A stretch of DNA of 64,000 bases, from IMG/VR virus record IMGVR_UViG_3300044680_000280, positions 1-64,000 of that record. The stretch is one strand, 5' to 3'. This document shows positions 51,913-63,000 of this stretch, in pieces; position 1 is the stretch's first letter, and every line of letters starts with the position of its first letter. A program made the position numbers and the translations under genes. The notes beneath the pieces were generated by a model, which searched no databases, was not told the origin of the DNA, and saw nothing but the letters and a program-made list of their open reading frames with translations.

Positions 51913-54306
51913 TCAAGTTACAACCTGATCGGGATTCGAAGACACGTATGAGAACCTAAGTGGGGCAACCGTTGGGTAGGTCGTGCTGGGAGACGCCGCG
52001 GCCATGAAAGGCGAACACGCCAGCAGCGGGGAGGAGGTTCCAGCCGGGTTCGGAATAACGGCCTGGGATTGATACCACGTGATGGCATTGTACGAATACA
52101 GAATCACGTTCGGTCCACCGAATCCAGCGACCGCACTGGCAATCCACGTGCCGTCAATCGAACCTAGGGCCACCGACGAGGCGGTTCCCTGGGTCATGCT
52201 GAGATTCAACGTGGACTGGAGACTCATGTGAATGGCGTCCGTAGACGTGTAGAATCGCCACAGACTGGAACCCTCGTCAAATGTGACAAGGAGCCATTCT
52301 TGTTTTGCGCTGCTCCAAATGAGGTCATTTGGATACTCGTTTGCACTATCGGCCAGACCGACGAGTGAGATAGGGTTCCAGGTGAAACCGTTGTTTGTCG
52401 AATAAAGCAATTCTGGTGAAGTGCTTTGAATGAGCGCGGCTACTATGGTCCCATTGTATCTGAGGATCCACCCAGGAACCGGGAGGTTCGGTGCCGTTGC
52501 TGTATAGGTGCCCGTGGCCAGATACCCGAGCGATGCGTGACTGCCACTGCTGCAAGAAACCGCAGCAACAACCGCGCCCGAACCCGCTCCAACGAGCTTT
52601 GCACCATTAACGTTGGTAACCGCAGTTGTCGAGTAGAGACCAGAACTCGTAAACCCGCTAGGAGCCCCCAAGTAGGAATAAAAATTTGTGGAGTCCACGG
52701 CGGCGACCCAAACGTTACCGCTTGTGTCCACAGCAATACTGGTCGGAGGACTCGAGGCGCCCGCGAAAGCGACACCGAAGGCAGCCAAGTTGTAGTCCAA
52801 ACCTGTACCGTAAAAGACCGTGAATGTCGTGGAGGGACCAGGGTCGTAACCAGCAATCAACCAACTCTGAGCGGACAGACCACCTGACGAGGTGGGCATG
52901 TCATTCCAGATCATGGCAAAAGGTCCTGAGTTACCCGTATTGAAACTGTTGCAGTATCCGAGGGTACCGATGTTTGAAAAAGGAGTTCCCGCGAACGCGC
53001 CCAGGGGCTGCCAGTTCTTGATCCCGTTTGTACGATCCGAATTGTCCCACGAAAGAACCGTGCCGTTGTAGTTGAGATACCCGGATGCCCCAGAGAATGA
53101 CGGAAGAGCCTTACTATTGAGCTGGACGACAGTTCCAGCTATGGATCCCCCAGCACCGGTACCGATCACGTCTCCAGTCAGAGTGATTGTACCCAGATTA
53201 GCTGGTGGAAGTTGATTCGATACATAATTCGAGCCCCCTGCCAAGTTAAGGGATCCAGCAGTCCATGCGGATCCGTTCCAATACGCCGTGTTGCCAGTTG
53301 CCGCAGACGATTGCGTAAGCTGGGAAAGTGGAATTGCAATGTTCGTGTTCGTAACGGAAGTAACACGACCTTTTGCATCGATAGTGATGGCAGGTACAGA
53401 AGTGGCGGAACCGTGAGACCCGGCCGTTGTGATCGAAGCCAGCGTGATAGGAATGTTACCACCTGACAGGGCTCCAATCGTCGCGTCACCGCTGAACCCG
53501 ACGGCCGTCAGATCAAGTGAGCCACTCGCACTGTACCAGAATCCCGTGCCACTGACAGAACTAGCCGTAAGACCCGTACCGCTTGGAGTACTCCAAACGA
53601 AGCCAGTTCCGTTGTACTCTAGATACCCAGTGGCTAGTGGGAGAATCGTCTTGTTGTCAAGCGCACTGACCAGGGTCGCAATGGTTCCTGCTGCGCCCGA
53701 CCCAGACGCATCCCCAGTCAGTGTGATGGTGGGAAGATTGCTGGAGGTCGGAGTAACGGCAGTCGTCGAAACGGATGTAATCAAGCCCTTGGCATTGACC
53801 GTAAAGACCGGAACGGCATTTCCGCCTCCGAAGGTTCCGACATTCGAATTCACGGTCGAAAGAATGAGATCCCCATTCGATATGGAACCATCTCCCCCGA
53901 GAGAGAAGTATGCGACGGTTGACCCCGCATGATTCATTCCAAGTAGCTGATCCGCCGTACCCAAGGACCATTGGAAAGCGGAACCCGTGTACTTGAGGAA
54001 GCCTATTCCGAGAGCAGGAATCGAGACCGTACGGATACCGACAACGATCAGGTCACCGGGGGTCCCGGTGGGGGTAACGTCACCTGAAAAGGCCGTCGGA
54101 ACAAGTTCGGTGCCCGCAGCATTCTCGATGTAGACCTCGCCAGGGGGGATCGCGCCAGGGGCAACCGGATTTCCCTGAATGTTTGTGACCAAACCCTCGC
54201 CTCCCCCGCCTGCGGGAACGAGAAGCGCTGAAGCCGGAACGCTACCAGCAGGTAGCCTACCGGGACCAACGTTTACGGCTGAATTGGGATCGATATTCGA
54301 AGGCAT
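51913..54306 (-). CDS. tail fibre / receptor-binding protein
   Basis: Repeats TITLTGD.SG.G..G.I and TVNAKGLITSV / TIDAKGRVTSV; beta-propeller-like C-terminus. Confidence 0.75.
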   Translation of the reverse strand: MPSNIDPNSAVNVGPGRLPAGSVPASALLVPAGGGGEGLVTNIQGNPVAPGAIPPGEVYIENAAGTELVPTAFSGDVTPTGTPGDLIVVGIRTVSIPALGIGFLKYTGSAFQWSLGTADQLLGMNHAGSTVAYFSLGGDGSISNGDLILSTVNSNVGTFGGGNAVPVFTVNAKGLITSVSTTAVTPTSSNLPTITLTGDASGSGAAGTIATLVSALDNKTILPLATGYLEYNGTGFVWSTPSGTGLTASSVSGTGFWYSASGSLDLTAVGFSGDATIGALSGGNIPITLASITTAGSHGSATSVPAITIDAKGRVTSVTNTNIAIPLSQLTQSSAATGNTAYWNGSAWTAGSLNLAGGSNYVSNQLPPANLGTITLTGDVIGTGAGGSIAGTVVQLNSKALPSFSGASGYLNYNGTVLSWDNSDRTNGIKNWQPLGAFAGTPFSNIGTLGYCNSFNTGNSGPFAMIWNDMPTSSGGLSAQSWLIAGYDPGPSTTFTVFYGTGLDYNLAAFGVAFAGASSPPTSIAVDTSGNVWVAAVDSTNFYSYLGAPSGFTSSGLYSTTAVTNVNGAKLVGAGSGAVVAAVSCSSGSHASLGYLATGTYTATAPNLPVPGWILRYNGTIVAALIQSTSPELLYSTNNGFTWNPISLVGLADSANEYPNDLIWSSAKQEWLLVTFDEGSSLWRFYTSTDAIHMSLQSTLNLSMTQGTASSVALGSIDGTWIASAVAGFGGPNVILYSYNAITWYQSQAVIPNPAGTSSPLLACSPFMAAASPSTTYPTVAPLRFSYVSSNPDQVVT

Positions 54307-57300
54307 TAGGTATTCCGGCGATTGAGTAGGTTGCCTTTGATTCGGAACATACTGGCAGTGGTCGTGTTGACGGTCAGACTCTCGAAGAACACGCCATTGA
54401 CCGCGTCAAAGACGGCCCATCGAATGAGTAGCACAAGAATGAGTTGACCCTTATGACCGTAAGAGCTTGTGCTCGAGAGTTCAGCCAACATCGGCTGAAT
54501 GACCTTGTGCACCGTAGGATCGGAAAGATTCTGAGCATAGGCGTTCGGCACGTATCCAGCGCCAACGGTTTTGAAGAACGAACGACCCTCAATATCCACG
54601 TCCGCAGAAGCCGCCCGCATAAAGCTCACAAGTTCGGGGTCTGGCATGTACGGAACGAATGACGGAAGCTTCAAAAATCCCGTCGTTGCATTGAAGTCGG
54701 AAACAGAAATGGCAGCTCGACCGTTCAATTGTTGCTCACCCGCGTACGGAAGTGCAGACGACGTATTGTAGATTCCGCCAGTCTGGACATAAGCATTGGG
54801 GAAAGGATAACCGTAATCCTCAGAAGCGGGTCCTGATGTAATCACGTAGAGGCTCGGAGAGATGTGCCTGGGAATGACCGACAACGAGGTGATCGACCCC
54901 CCCGAGTAACCATCGAAGCGCCCCGCTTGAGGGGCACGAGCCTGGTACCAGACGTTCATGCGAAGATTACTCGTGCCCGTCTGGGGCATCGGACGAAGCG
55001 CCTGATACGTAACCTGAAGGGTGTCCCCCGAGGATGTGTAGTCGGCCGAGTTCGTGAACTGCCACCTGCGTCCGCTTTGATCGTATGAGGGCAGAACAAC
55101 GGTTCCTGCGATGGTCGTACCGTTTCTCTTGACATTCGATATCAATTGTGCCCGTTCTGGCAGACGGAACGTTGTACCGGCCACTTGCCACGTGATGGAC
55201 CCACTGTTCGCGTCAGGGTACACACCAGACGCGTTCGTAACCACAACAGAGGTGGGGCTCAGAACTTGAATGATCGGGAAGGCCCCATTATTTCCAGCAT
55301 TTGCGGCACCGGACAACGTGATGGTATTCCCCACGTCATTTGGAGTCCGATCCGTGAGTCCCGTCAAAGTCAGACTCGGAGTTGTAAACGCAGAGATAGA
55401 AGCCGTCGTACCCTTCGTATCCGTCGAGGCATCGAACACGTTGGTCGTGATCGACACGGTCGTGTACTCGAGCTGAACTTCTCGATGCGTCGAATCGATG
55501 TTCGTGTTGGCGAGGGCCGAAAAGTAAATGGGAGACGTATTGGGAAGGGATGACGGGTTGTCGACCTCAAAGCTCGTAGGACCGAAAGTGTTCGTTGCGG
55601 TTTTCGTGAGGCCACCCGACGGGTACGCAACAAGGATATCGAGGTACAGGGTTTCCGTCGTGATTCCAAGCCCTGTTAGAGCGTCGAGCCCAAAGTATAT
55701 TGGTGAAACCGGATTCGTACCGAGACCCGTAACACTGTTCAGGTGACTCAAAACGTTGGCAGTCTTGGACCCGTTACCGTCGAAGTCTCCGATGAAGTGA
55801 GCTCCAACGATATCGATTGCGATAACGCTTCCTGGAGCGAAAGAGGCCCAGTTGAACGAGGAGTAGGGGTAAACGGCGAGCGTCGTGAAGTTGACCTCGA
55901 TACCCGAGGAGTTCGCCCAACCCCCACCAGGTTTGGGCACGGGAATAGTGAGAACTTCGTAGACCGGTCGATCCGAAAAGGTTCGGCGAACCGCATCAAA
56001 ATTCCCAATGTTTGGGGCACTAGGGTCCGACGGAGTGGGACCAATTTGGTCCGCCCAAAGGAATGTATGTCCGTTTTGACCGCCCCCAAATGAACCCGTA
56101 TTGGTCCACTCGGTTGTGAGGGCGTTGTCGAGAAGATACGTGAAATTCTTCTCGAGGAGTTCCTGATAGTTCCAACCGAACGGGGAGACTCCGAGTCGGA
56201 GGTCCGCCACGTCCGTTGGGACAATGAGATCCGAGTTCAACCCGTCAGGACGATCCGAGAGTAGCGTTGCCAAGGTGGACGGATTCGTCGTGCCCGTGTA
56301 GTTCCCGGTCAAAGTTATTGAATTCGTAGTGAGGGACTGAACCGTGTAGTTCACCCCAACTTGGGAAGCAAATGTGATAGAGAAGCCCGGTTGGAGAGTG
56401 CCGATGGTATCCAGAGTTGTCGTAACCGTGGGGCTGCTGTTAGTAACCCCGTAAAACCCAGAAAGGACTTCACCAGGTGAATTAATACCGCCGTTCTGAT
56501 TGCTTGTCGCAATGAACCCGCCCGAATTGCGTCGGAAGATGGCCATGAGCGGAATGGCGTACATGTACCCATCGACCGTACCGAGCGAATTCGCAGGATT
56601 ACCGTCACCCGCAACCCAAAGTCCCGGGTCTCCGTTCGAGGCCTGGTTGACATAGTTGAACGATGTAACCGTTCCGTCGGGTGCCGATGGGCTCGTAGGA
56701 ACCGAATTCGCAAACACGTTCGTGGTGTCGTCCAGCGCGTAAGGGTACGAAAATACGTTGACGCCAGAAATGACTCGAAGTCGGTATTGTACCTGAACTC
56801 GTTTGGTCGACTCTTGCCCGAGAGTGGCGTTGAGAATATCGTCCGCGTAATTCAGAACGGAATCGTTTGCTGGATCGTTCTTGACGTTTCCGTTGCCCCA
56901 AATGTTACCGAGGGGGCTCTTCCCCGCCGTGCTTGGAGACGGGTAGAGAAGGAATCTCCAAACCTCGAGAACGACGACATCCGTGCGAGTACCGCTTCCA
57001 GGCGGTGCGGGAAGGACGAGCTGATTGGTACTGATGAGACCCGTATTAGCAACGTCGAGGAGCCACCCGTTGACGAAAGCTTTGAGGCCCTGGGGAATCT
57101 GAATCGTGTTGGACGTAACGGTCGGAATGAAGATGCCCGACGTGGGATTCGAGGAGCCGACGAAGTCGTCGGCGATCCATCCCGACGGCATCGAGTTGCG
57201 TAGATTGTTTTCGTCACCACCGTTATCGATGTCCTGCTGAAGGTTCAGCTCCACATCGAGTACAGGCTTGCCCGCCTGGAAAACAACCGTTTCCCAGTTC

Positions 57301-57371
57301 CTTCCCGTCGGATCAAGAAATCCGGAGACAGCGGAACCGTAATTCTTAGTGGGGTCTGTGGGGCTGGTCAT
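54306..57371 (-). CDS. large virion structural protein (baseplate/tail), paralogue of 46778-51130
   Basis: 1021 aa; FQAGKPVLDVEL, RVQVQYRLRV, GDPGLW.AGDG...GTVDGY.YAIPL...RRNS shared with its paralogue. Confidence 0.75.
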   Translation of the reverse strand: MTSPTDPTKNYGSAVSGFLDPTGRNWETVVFQAGKPVLDVELNLQQDIDNGGDENNLRNSMPSGWIADDFVGSSNPTSGIFIPTVTSNTIQIPQGLKAFVNGWLLDVANTGLISTNQLVLPAPPGSGTRTDVVVLEVWRFLLYPSPSTAGKSPLGNIWGNGNVKNDPANDSVLNYADDILNATLGQESTKRVQVQYRLRVISGVNVFSYPYALDDTTNVFANSVPTSPSAPDGTVTSFNYVNQASNGDPGLWVAGDGNPANSLGTVDGYMYAIPLMAIFRRNSGGFIATSNQNGGINSPGEVLSGFYGVTNSSPTVTTTLDTIGTLQPGFSITFASQVGVNYTVQSLTTNSITLTGNYTGTTNPSTLATLLSDRPDGLNSDLIVPTDVADLRLGVSPFGWNYQELLEKNFTYLLDNALTTEWTNTGSFGGGQNGHTFLWADQIGPTPSDPSAPNIGNFDAVRRTFSDRPVYEVLTIPVPKPGGGWANSSGIEVNFTTLAVYPYSSFNWASFAPGSVIAIDIVGAHFIGDFDGNGSKTANVLSHLNSVTGLGTNPVSPIYFGLDALTGLGITTETLYLDILVAYPSGGLTKTATNTFGPTSFEVDNPSSLPNTSPIYFSALANTNIDSTHREVQLEYTTVSITTNVFDASTDTKGTTASISAFTTPSLTLTGLTDRTPNDVGNTITLSGAANAGNNGAFPIIQVLSPTSVVVTNASGVYPDANSGSITWQVAGTTFRLPERAQLISNVKRNGTTIAGTVVLPSYDQSGRRWQFTNSADYTSSGDTLQVTYQALRPMPQTGTSNLRMNVWYQARAPQAGRFDGYSGGSITSLSVIPRHISPSLYVITSGPASEDYGYPFPNAYVQTGGIYNTSSALPYAGEQQLNGRAAISVSDFNATTGFLKLPSFVPYMPDPELVSFMRAASADVDIEGRSFFKTVGAGYVPNAYAQNLSDPTVHKVIQPMLAELSSTSSYGHKGQLILVLLIRWAVFDAVNGVFFESLTVNTTTASMFRIKGNLLNRRNT

Positions 57372-57378
57372 CGTGCTC

Positions 57379-58023
57379 TCAGAAGGTCAGGCGCCAAACG
57401 ATCGTCATCGTGCTCGTTGCGGGCTTGTTTACGACCGGAAACGTCAAGTAATTGATAAGGGTCTCGAAATCCGTAAGATCAACCGTCGGATCGTACGTCC
57501 CGTTGGGGGGCGTGACGGGGTTTCGAATCGACAAGTTGGAACTCACATTTCCGCCAATGAGTCCCATCTCAACGAGGGGGCCGACCGCTTCCGACTCCGA
57601 AAAGGTCGTCGTGAAATCGACAACGTGCGTTGGATAAGCGGCAGGTACACCGTTCGCGTCCACAAAGTTCGTAGTAGCGAATGTTTTGCGGCTGAGCTCG
57701 GACCAAAGAGCTCGTTGGGTGTTCGTTGGTGCGGGAGGGCTCTGAAGGTTCCACCCGGCCGCGCCCGTACCGACGGCCAGACAGAAAGCCCCGTTCGGTG
57801 GCTCGGCATTGTCCTTCATGAGACGAGCGATGAGGATCGAAGCATCGAGGACGACAAGGTTGTACCTTCTCGCATCTTGAACGTCGCCCGTAGCGGCGTC
57901 CTTGAGGGTGATGAAGACTTCTCCCTTGATCTTGTACCGTGCATCCTCTTCGTAGCGGGAACTGAACGCCGTCTTCAGCGTACCGCCCACTCGTCGAAAT
58001 CTCTCGATCATCCTCATGTCCAT
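57379..58023 (-). CDS. baseplate/tail-collar-like structural protein
   Basis: FTTTFSESEAVG.LVEMGL...TFPVVNK....TIVWRLTF; GGAG SD before ATG 58023. Confidence 0.65.
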   Translation of the reverse strand: MDMRMIERFRRVGGTLKTAFSSRYEEDARYKIKGEVFITLKDAATGDVQDARRYNLVVLDASILIARLMKDNAEPPNGAFCLAVGTGAAGWNLQSPPAPTNTQRALWSELSRKTFATTNFVDANGVPAAYPTHVVDFTTTFSESEAVGPLVEMGLIGGNVSSNLSIRNPVTPPNGTYDPTVDLTDFETLINYLTFPVVNKPATSTMTIVWRLTF

Positions 58024-58066
58024 CTCTCCGTTGGTATCACTCGATGTTGAGTCATAAGAAGAACCC

Positions 58067-60040
58067 TCAAGGGGCCGAGGCTGAGGAACCAGCCATAAGC
58101 TGAGCCTTGAGAATAAGAATCTGACTGGCAATCCCAGGAAGGTTCGATGGGTTCAAAAGGTCAGCACAAATGAATACGTAGGGCGGGGTTGGGAACGGCT
58201 GGTTGGCCCGAGCCTCCACATACGAACCCGACGCCATTTCAGCGCTCGCAGGGTGCACAAGAGAGCTGAAGGCGGAAATTGAGGAATCCGCCTCGACTTG
58301 GGCGTCCCCACTGATACCCGTCAAGATGTTGGACTCAGCCGTGACAGCCGCTTCCGCATCATAACCGAACCCGCTCCTCATACCTGCGTCTCCATTCAGA
58401 TCCGCCCCTACACTAGTCAGAGCTCTAGCGTTGGCATTAATCTGAGAACCGCCAAAAATTCGGGAGCTTGCCGCCTCTTTTGACCCCCCACTTTTGAACA
58501 TGACCCACTGAGGATCGTTCAAAAGCGAGACGTAAAGGGGGTTCCAGATCTGTTTGATACAGAGTGAGCAGCTCGTGTCGTTCACAAGCGGAACGACATC
58601 GTTCTGGTACTCTCCCGAGTTACTGAGCTCAATTTGAACCTCGAAGTTTCTCGGAAACGGAGCCCACAGCACCGTGTTTTTGGCCAGAGTATCAGTCATC
58701 GCCAAGGCGCCCGCGCTGGATGACCCTATGTATATCGATGAGAGGGTCAACTGCATATCGTCTAGGATCGATGCAATGATGTACGTACCGTACGCGGTTG
58801 GAGTGCCCCCACTGAATGTAATCGTTTGACCTGGAACGAATGAATTGAAGTCGGATCCCGTCACAACGGCTGAACCGTTCGTGAGGGTCACGGTGGAGGT
58901 ACGGACCAGAGAAAAAAGAGGTCCGAGTACGGTACTAGAAGCCGTGCTTGGGGCGTACGTGTACAGAACAGGAGGATCTACAGTCTGGGGGAACTCATAC
59001 GTATCGAATGCATACGTGCAGACCGAAATGTCCTCAACTTGAATCGTCGAATTGGAAACCGGGTAATCAAGTGCTGGCGAGAAAAAGACCTGCCCGTCGG
59101 GTATGCCAAGTGGACCACCCGGCATAAAGTTCGAAAAAGGTATGACGAGAGGTCGAGAGTCCGGCAAACCCAAACGATCAAAGGGTTGTACCCAGTCGTC
59201 AACCCAGTGAAACGTAACCGTGCTTGGGACGATCGGGAGAGACCCGGCCGTGGTGATGCCAGTTACCGTCACCTGATACGTATTTTGCGTAATGAGAGGA
59301 GTACTTGAGCTGAGAACAAGAGCGACCGACGTCGGATTCAACAACTGCTCTGGAGTAGCGGAAATGATTGTAAGAGGACCATCGAACAGGTTTTGAACCG
59401 AGTAATTCGTAACAGTACTGAGTCCCGAAGCACTCATCGTAGTGCCAAACACGAGTCGAACCTTCGTCGGGGACACTGCAATTGCAGTCATCGTCGAGGA
59501 TGGTGCTGTCCCCACGAAAGAAGCCGATTGCAAGGATAGGTCGAGAGTCTGACCCTCACTGCTAAACGCCTGAGCAACAGTGACCGTGTATGAAATACCG
59601 CTCTGAGTGCTGGTGGTGAGCTCTACAGAAAAATCGAGTAGACCCGAGACCCCAGTAACGGTGAGACCTGGTATCGAATAATTCGACGCGTCAATGAGTG
59701 GGGCGAACTCTGACTCGAGCTCGGCGTTGAACCGAACCTCAATGAGGGTGGGACTCAACGAAACGGCAGTGAGGACCCCGAAAGGAGGGTAATCCTCGGC
59801 ATTTTTAATGGCAGTTGCGACGACATTCGAAGAAGAGTAGGCGGCCCCCTCAACGGGATGGTCCAGTCCAACCGAAAGAGCCTCACCAATGGGTACCGTG
59901 TCCGTTGGCAAATTCGCAAAAGTGTGGACAATCGATTGCGCATTAAAAGTCGAGTCACCTACGAAGATGCCGCCTTCAGAGGGGATCGCCTCAACGGTAG
60001 AGGTGGCATTGACGGTTGCGGTTACGGGATGGTCCGACAT
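58067..60040 (-). CDS. Ig-like repeat virion protein
   Basis: Repeated AVS.SPT.(I/V)...F...(NY)S(I/V)..LT beta-sandwich-like units. Confidence 0.6.
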   Translation of the reverse strand: MSDHPVTATVNATSTVEAIPSEGGIFVGDSTFNAQSIVHTFANLPTDTVPIGEALSVGLDHPVEGAAYSSSNVVATAIKNAEDYPPFGVLTAVSLSPTLIEVRFNAELESEFAPLIDASNYSIPGLTVTGVSGLLDFSVELTTSTQSGISYTVTVAQAFSSEGQTLDLSLQSASFVGTAPSSTMTAIAVSPTKVRLVFGTTMSASGLSTVTNYSVQNLFDGPLTIISATPEQLLNPTSVALVLSSSTPLITQNTYQVTVTGITTAGSLPIVPSTVTFHWVDDWVQPFDRLGLPDSRPLVIPFSNFMPGGPLGIPDGQVFFSPALDYPVSNSTIQVEDISVCTYAFDTYEFPQTVDPPVLYTYAPSTASSTVLGPLFSLVRTSTVTLTNGSAVVTGSDFNSFVPGQTITFSGGTPTAYGTYIIASILDDMQLTLSSIYIGSSSAGALAMTDTLAKNTVLWAPFPRNFEVQIELSNSGEYQNDVVPLVNDTSCSLCIKQIWNPLYVSLLNDPQWVMFKSGGSKEAASSRIFGGSQINANARALTSVGADLNGDAGMRSGFGYDAEAAVTAESNILTGISGDAQVEADSSISAFSSLVHPASAEMASGSYVEARANQPFPTPPYVFICADLLNPSNLPGIASQILILKAQLMAGSSASAP

Positions 60041-60052
60041 ATCTCACTAACC

Positions 60053-63000
60053 TCAACTATCGATAAAGACACTGAACGTGCCCTTTGTGGGGTCCCGGAG
60101 AAGCCTGTACTGGTGGCTGTTTCCGTCCAAAAAGTCGAACCTGCGACCCCCGACAACCTGACCCGAGTTTTGGTCAAAAACGAGGACGTAACGCTCACCT
60201 GAAGGTAGTGTTACGAAGCCCAAGGCGAGGGACACACCAGAAGAGGTGATGCCAAATCGAACCTGGGTGTCTCCCAGGCCAAACGTGGCATCAGCTAGTA
60301 GTTTGAGAGTGTACGTGACCTGGGTAATAAGCCCGGTAGAGTTGAGGAGAGGCGTTCGGTTCGAATACGACGTTCGTGTGCTGCCAGTTGTTCCATAAGT
60401 GAGAGTCCCAGAGAACGTTGTCTTCGTGACGAAAGACGGGTCATCCGCCTCAAAACTCCATGGGGAAGCAGAGGTCGTGTCATCCTCAGGAAGAGTCGAC
60501 GCGTCGTAAGTCAGGCAAACCTCATTCTGGAGGGTGATGGTGTCGAAGCTCTTCACATGATCCTTGAAGGGAGCGATCAGACCGGTAACTCCAGTATCGT
60601 GCTCAATCACTTGCAAACTGTTGTAAAGAACGTCGTTGGGTACAACCAGGGTAGTCTTGTACTCCGAATTGTTCAGGGTAAAAGCTTGAGAATTGAGGAC
60701 CTCACCTGGAGTGTTGAGACCCGCTACGGGAACGTTGACAACCGTCGGGCGTCGAACCTCGAAAGTTTGGGTCTGAGGTACAAGCGGAGTCCCTTCGTTG
60801 AGCAACGTAAACGCAATGAGTCCTGGATTCTCGAGAAAGTCAGGCGCTATTTCTGGCGGAATGCCCGTCGAACTACTCCAAAAGTCCGTGTGCGTATGGG
60901 GGATGTTCGTGAAAAGGTGCTCGGGCGACGCAATGACGTTTCGCTGATTCAAGTTCTGGTGCGGAGGGACGATCCTTGTAGCAGAAGGGGAGCTCGTGAT
61001 TCCGTACCTAACGAAATTCCACGCCGTCTGAGATATGTTGGTCGGATCAAAGGCTCCAAACACAATCGACGGTAAGGCTCCGTTAATGACCCGTGGAACT
61101 CCCAAGAGGCTCTGGGGAACATTGGAGTACCCCGCACGGATAAGAGGCGTGGCGGTCGTGTCCAGGAGCACGGAAATGCCTCCTGAGGGATCTCTGACAA
61201 TACGATAACGGTGATTTTGCGTCCAGTCTACTTGAATTGCGATACGATAGTCTACCGTCGAAGGTTGGGCAGGAAAAACCGTCGTAAAAGTAAGGACGTT
61301 TTGAGCAACGGAAGCAACCGTGTAGACGCCCTTGTTGGAACCTGCATCGACGATGAGGGAATCACCAACCTGGACCTCAGCTTCTGTGAAGTTTGCTGAG
61401 AGGTCCTCGAGTGCATTGCCTACCACACGAGCTCCACTGCCCGTGGCGGACACGGGCAGGTAATAGCCCGTCAGAGAGTTGGGATCCGTACCCTTCCAAA
61501 TGCCGACGAACTTGCTAAATGAAGACAGCACCCTCCAAGCATTACAGTAGATCCAGTCGACCGTTGAAGTGGATGCCAGGGACGCGGGCGTCGTTGAACC
61601 GAAACTGATGACCCCTACGAGTCCAGCTCCGGGTGCGGAGAAGTTCGCATATGTCGTGGACCCTATGTAGACCGTATCGATGAACAAGCTCACGAGGTTT
61701 CCCGACGTGCTCTTCACCATTCTGTAGGTGTGCTCGTTTCCGTCGTTCCAATCGAAAGGGAAGGACTGAACGGCAACACCATCCGAGTGCAGAGTAACAT
61801 TTGGAACACCGCTGAACTGCGTGAGCATCACGCCAAGGGACCGTGCACCGTCATAAATGTCCGCATTGACGCCACAGAAACTTGTCGGACCGGGGTCGAC
61901 CGTAAAGGCCCGAACCAGAACACGAAACTCGAGGATGTAGTCGTTGGCAGCCCCAACGACACGGTTACTCGCCGTGGGGGGAGCCGTGTCGTCGATATAG
62001 TAGAGGAGTCCGTCCGATGAGCTGGAATCCGTGATCCTTAGGGTACGACCGTACATGGCTCCAGTCTGGGAACCCATGGAAGACCATGTGTAGGGCTGGA
62101 ACTGAGTGGGAAGAGTTCGGCCACCGTAACTGAATAGGGGCGACGACTGGTCTGGAAAGAAGCACAACTGAATGACTCGGTTACCGTCATCAATGGCCGC
62201 CATTACTGAGTTCGGCGAAATCCCATGGGTGAAGGTTCGAAGTTGCACAGAAACGTCGAGGACGACGTCCGAGGAGATCGACAAAAGTGGTTCGATGCGG
62301 TCATACCCTCGGAAATCTCCGCCTATGAGTCCGACTTGGCTCTCAACGCTTGTTGTCGTAGCGCTCGTCGAATCGATAATCAGAGACTTAGCAAGAGCGG
62401 TTGAGAGGAGAGTTTCCGTGCCCGCGTACCCTATGGGCGTCCACGGTTGAGACGCCGCCTCTGGGGTGGTCGTACCCTCATAGCTCACGAAGACAGATGG
62501 TGCTGTCTGAAGAGGGTTCGTCGGAATGATGTCGTACTTGACGAAATCCCATAGAGAGGTGTTGACCGACTCATAGGACATCGACCCAAAGAAAACGCCC
62601 TGGAGCTGATTGAACGGTGCCGTGAGCTCCTCAAGTGCAGGGAGTTGGCTCTCCAGAACTTGAAGCGTAGGCGTAACGTCTCCATCCAGGTAAACAGAGA
62701 TGTTTCCTGACGGATCCCGAAAGAGTCGGTAGCTGTGGATAACGGTCCAGTCCAACGTAGCGGGGGAGCCCGTTGGACTTCCGTTTGAAATTCCCCCACT
62801 CCAAGCTGTAATAACCGACGGGTCATTTCCACCCCCCGATACGAGGAGTCCAATCTGATTGACACCCCCGCTCGTAAGGTACCCGAGAACAATGGCTTTG
62901 GATGAATCCGAGTAACCCGCCGCAATGCCCGTGAAAACTCCTTCAGTTGTCGTAGCGATCGTGATGTAATTTCGCCATGTAGCTGCAAAGACATGCTGAA

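Noticed and set aside
5646-57651. Other TACACC/GGTGTA hexamers inside coding regions (e.g. 5646, 14479, 23260, 45913, 57646)
   Set aside because: They are in the wrong orientation or far from any start codon, consistent with chance occurrence.
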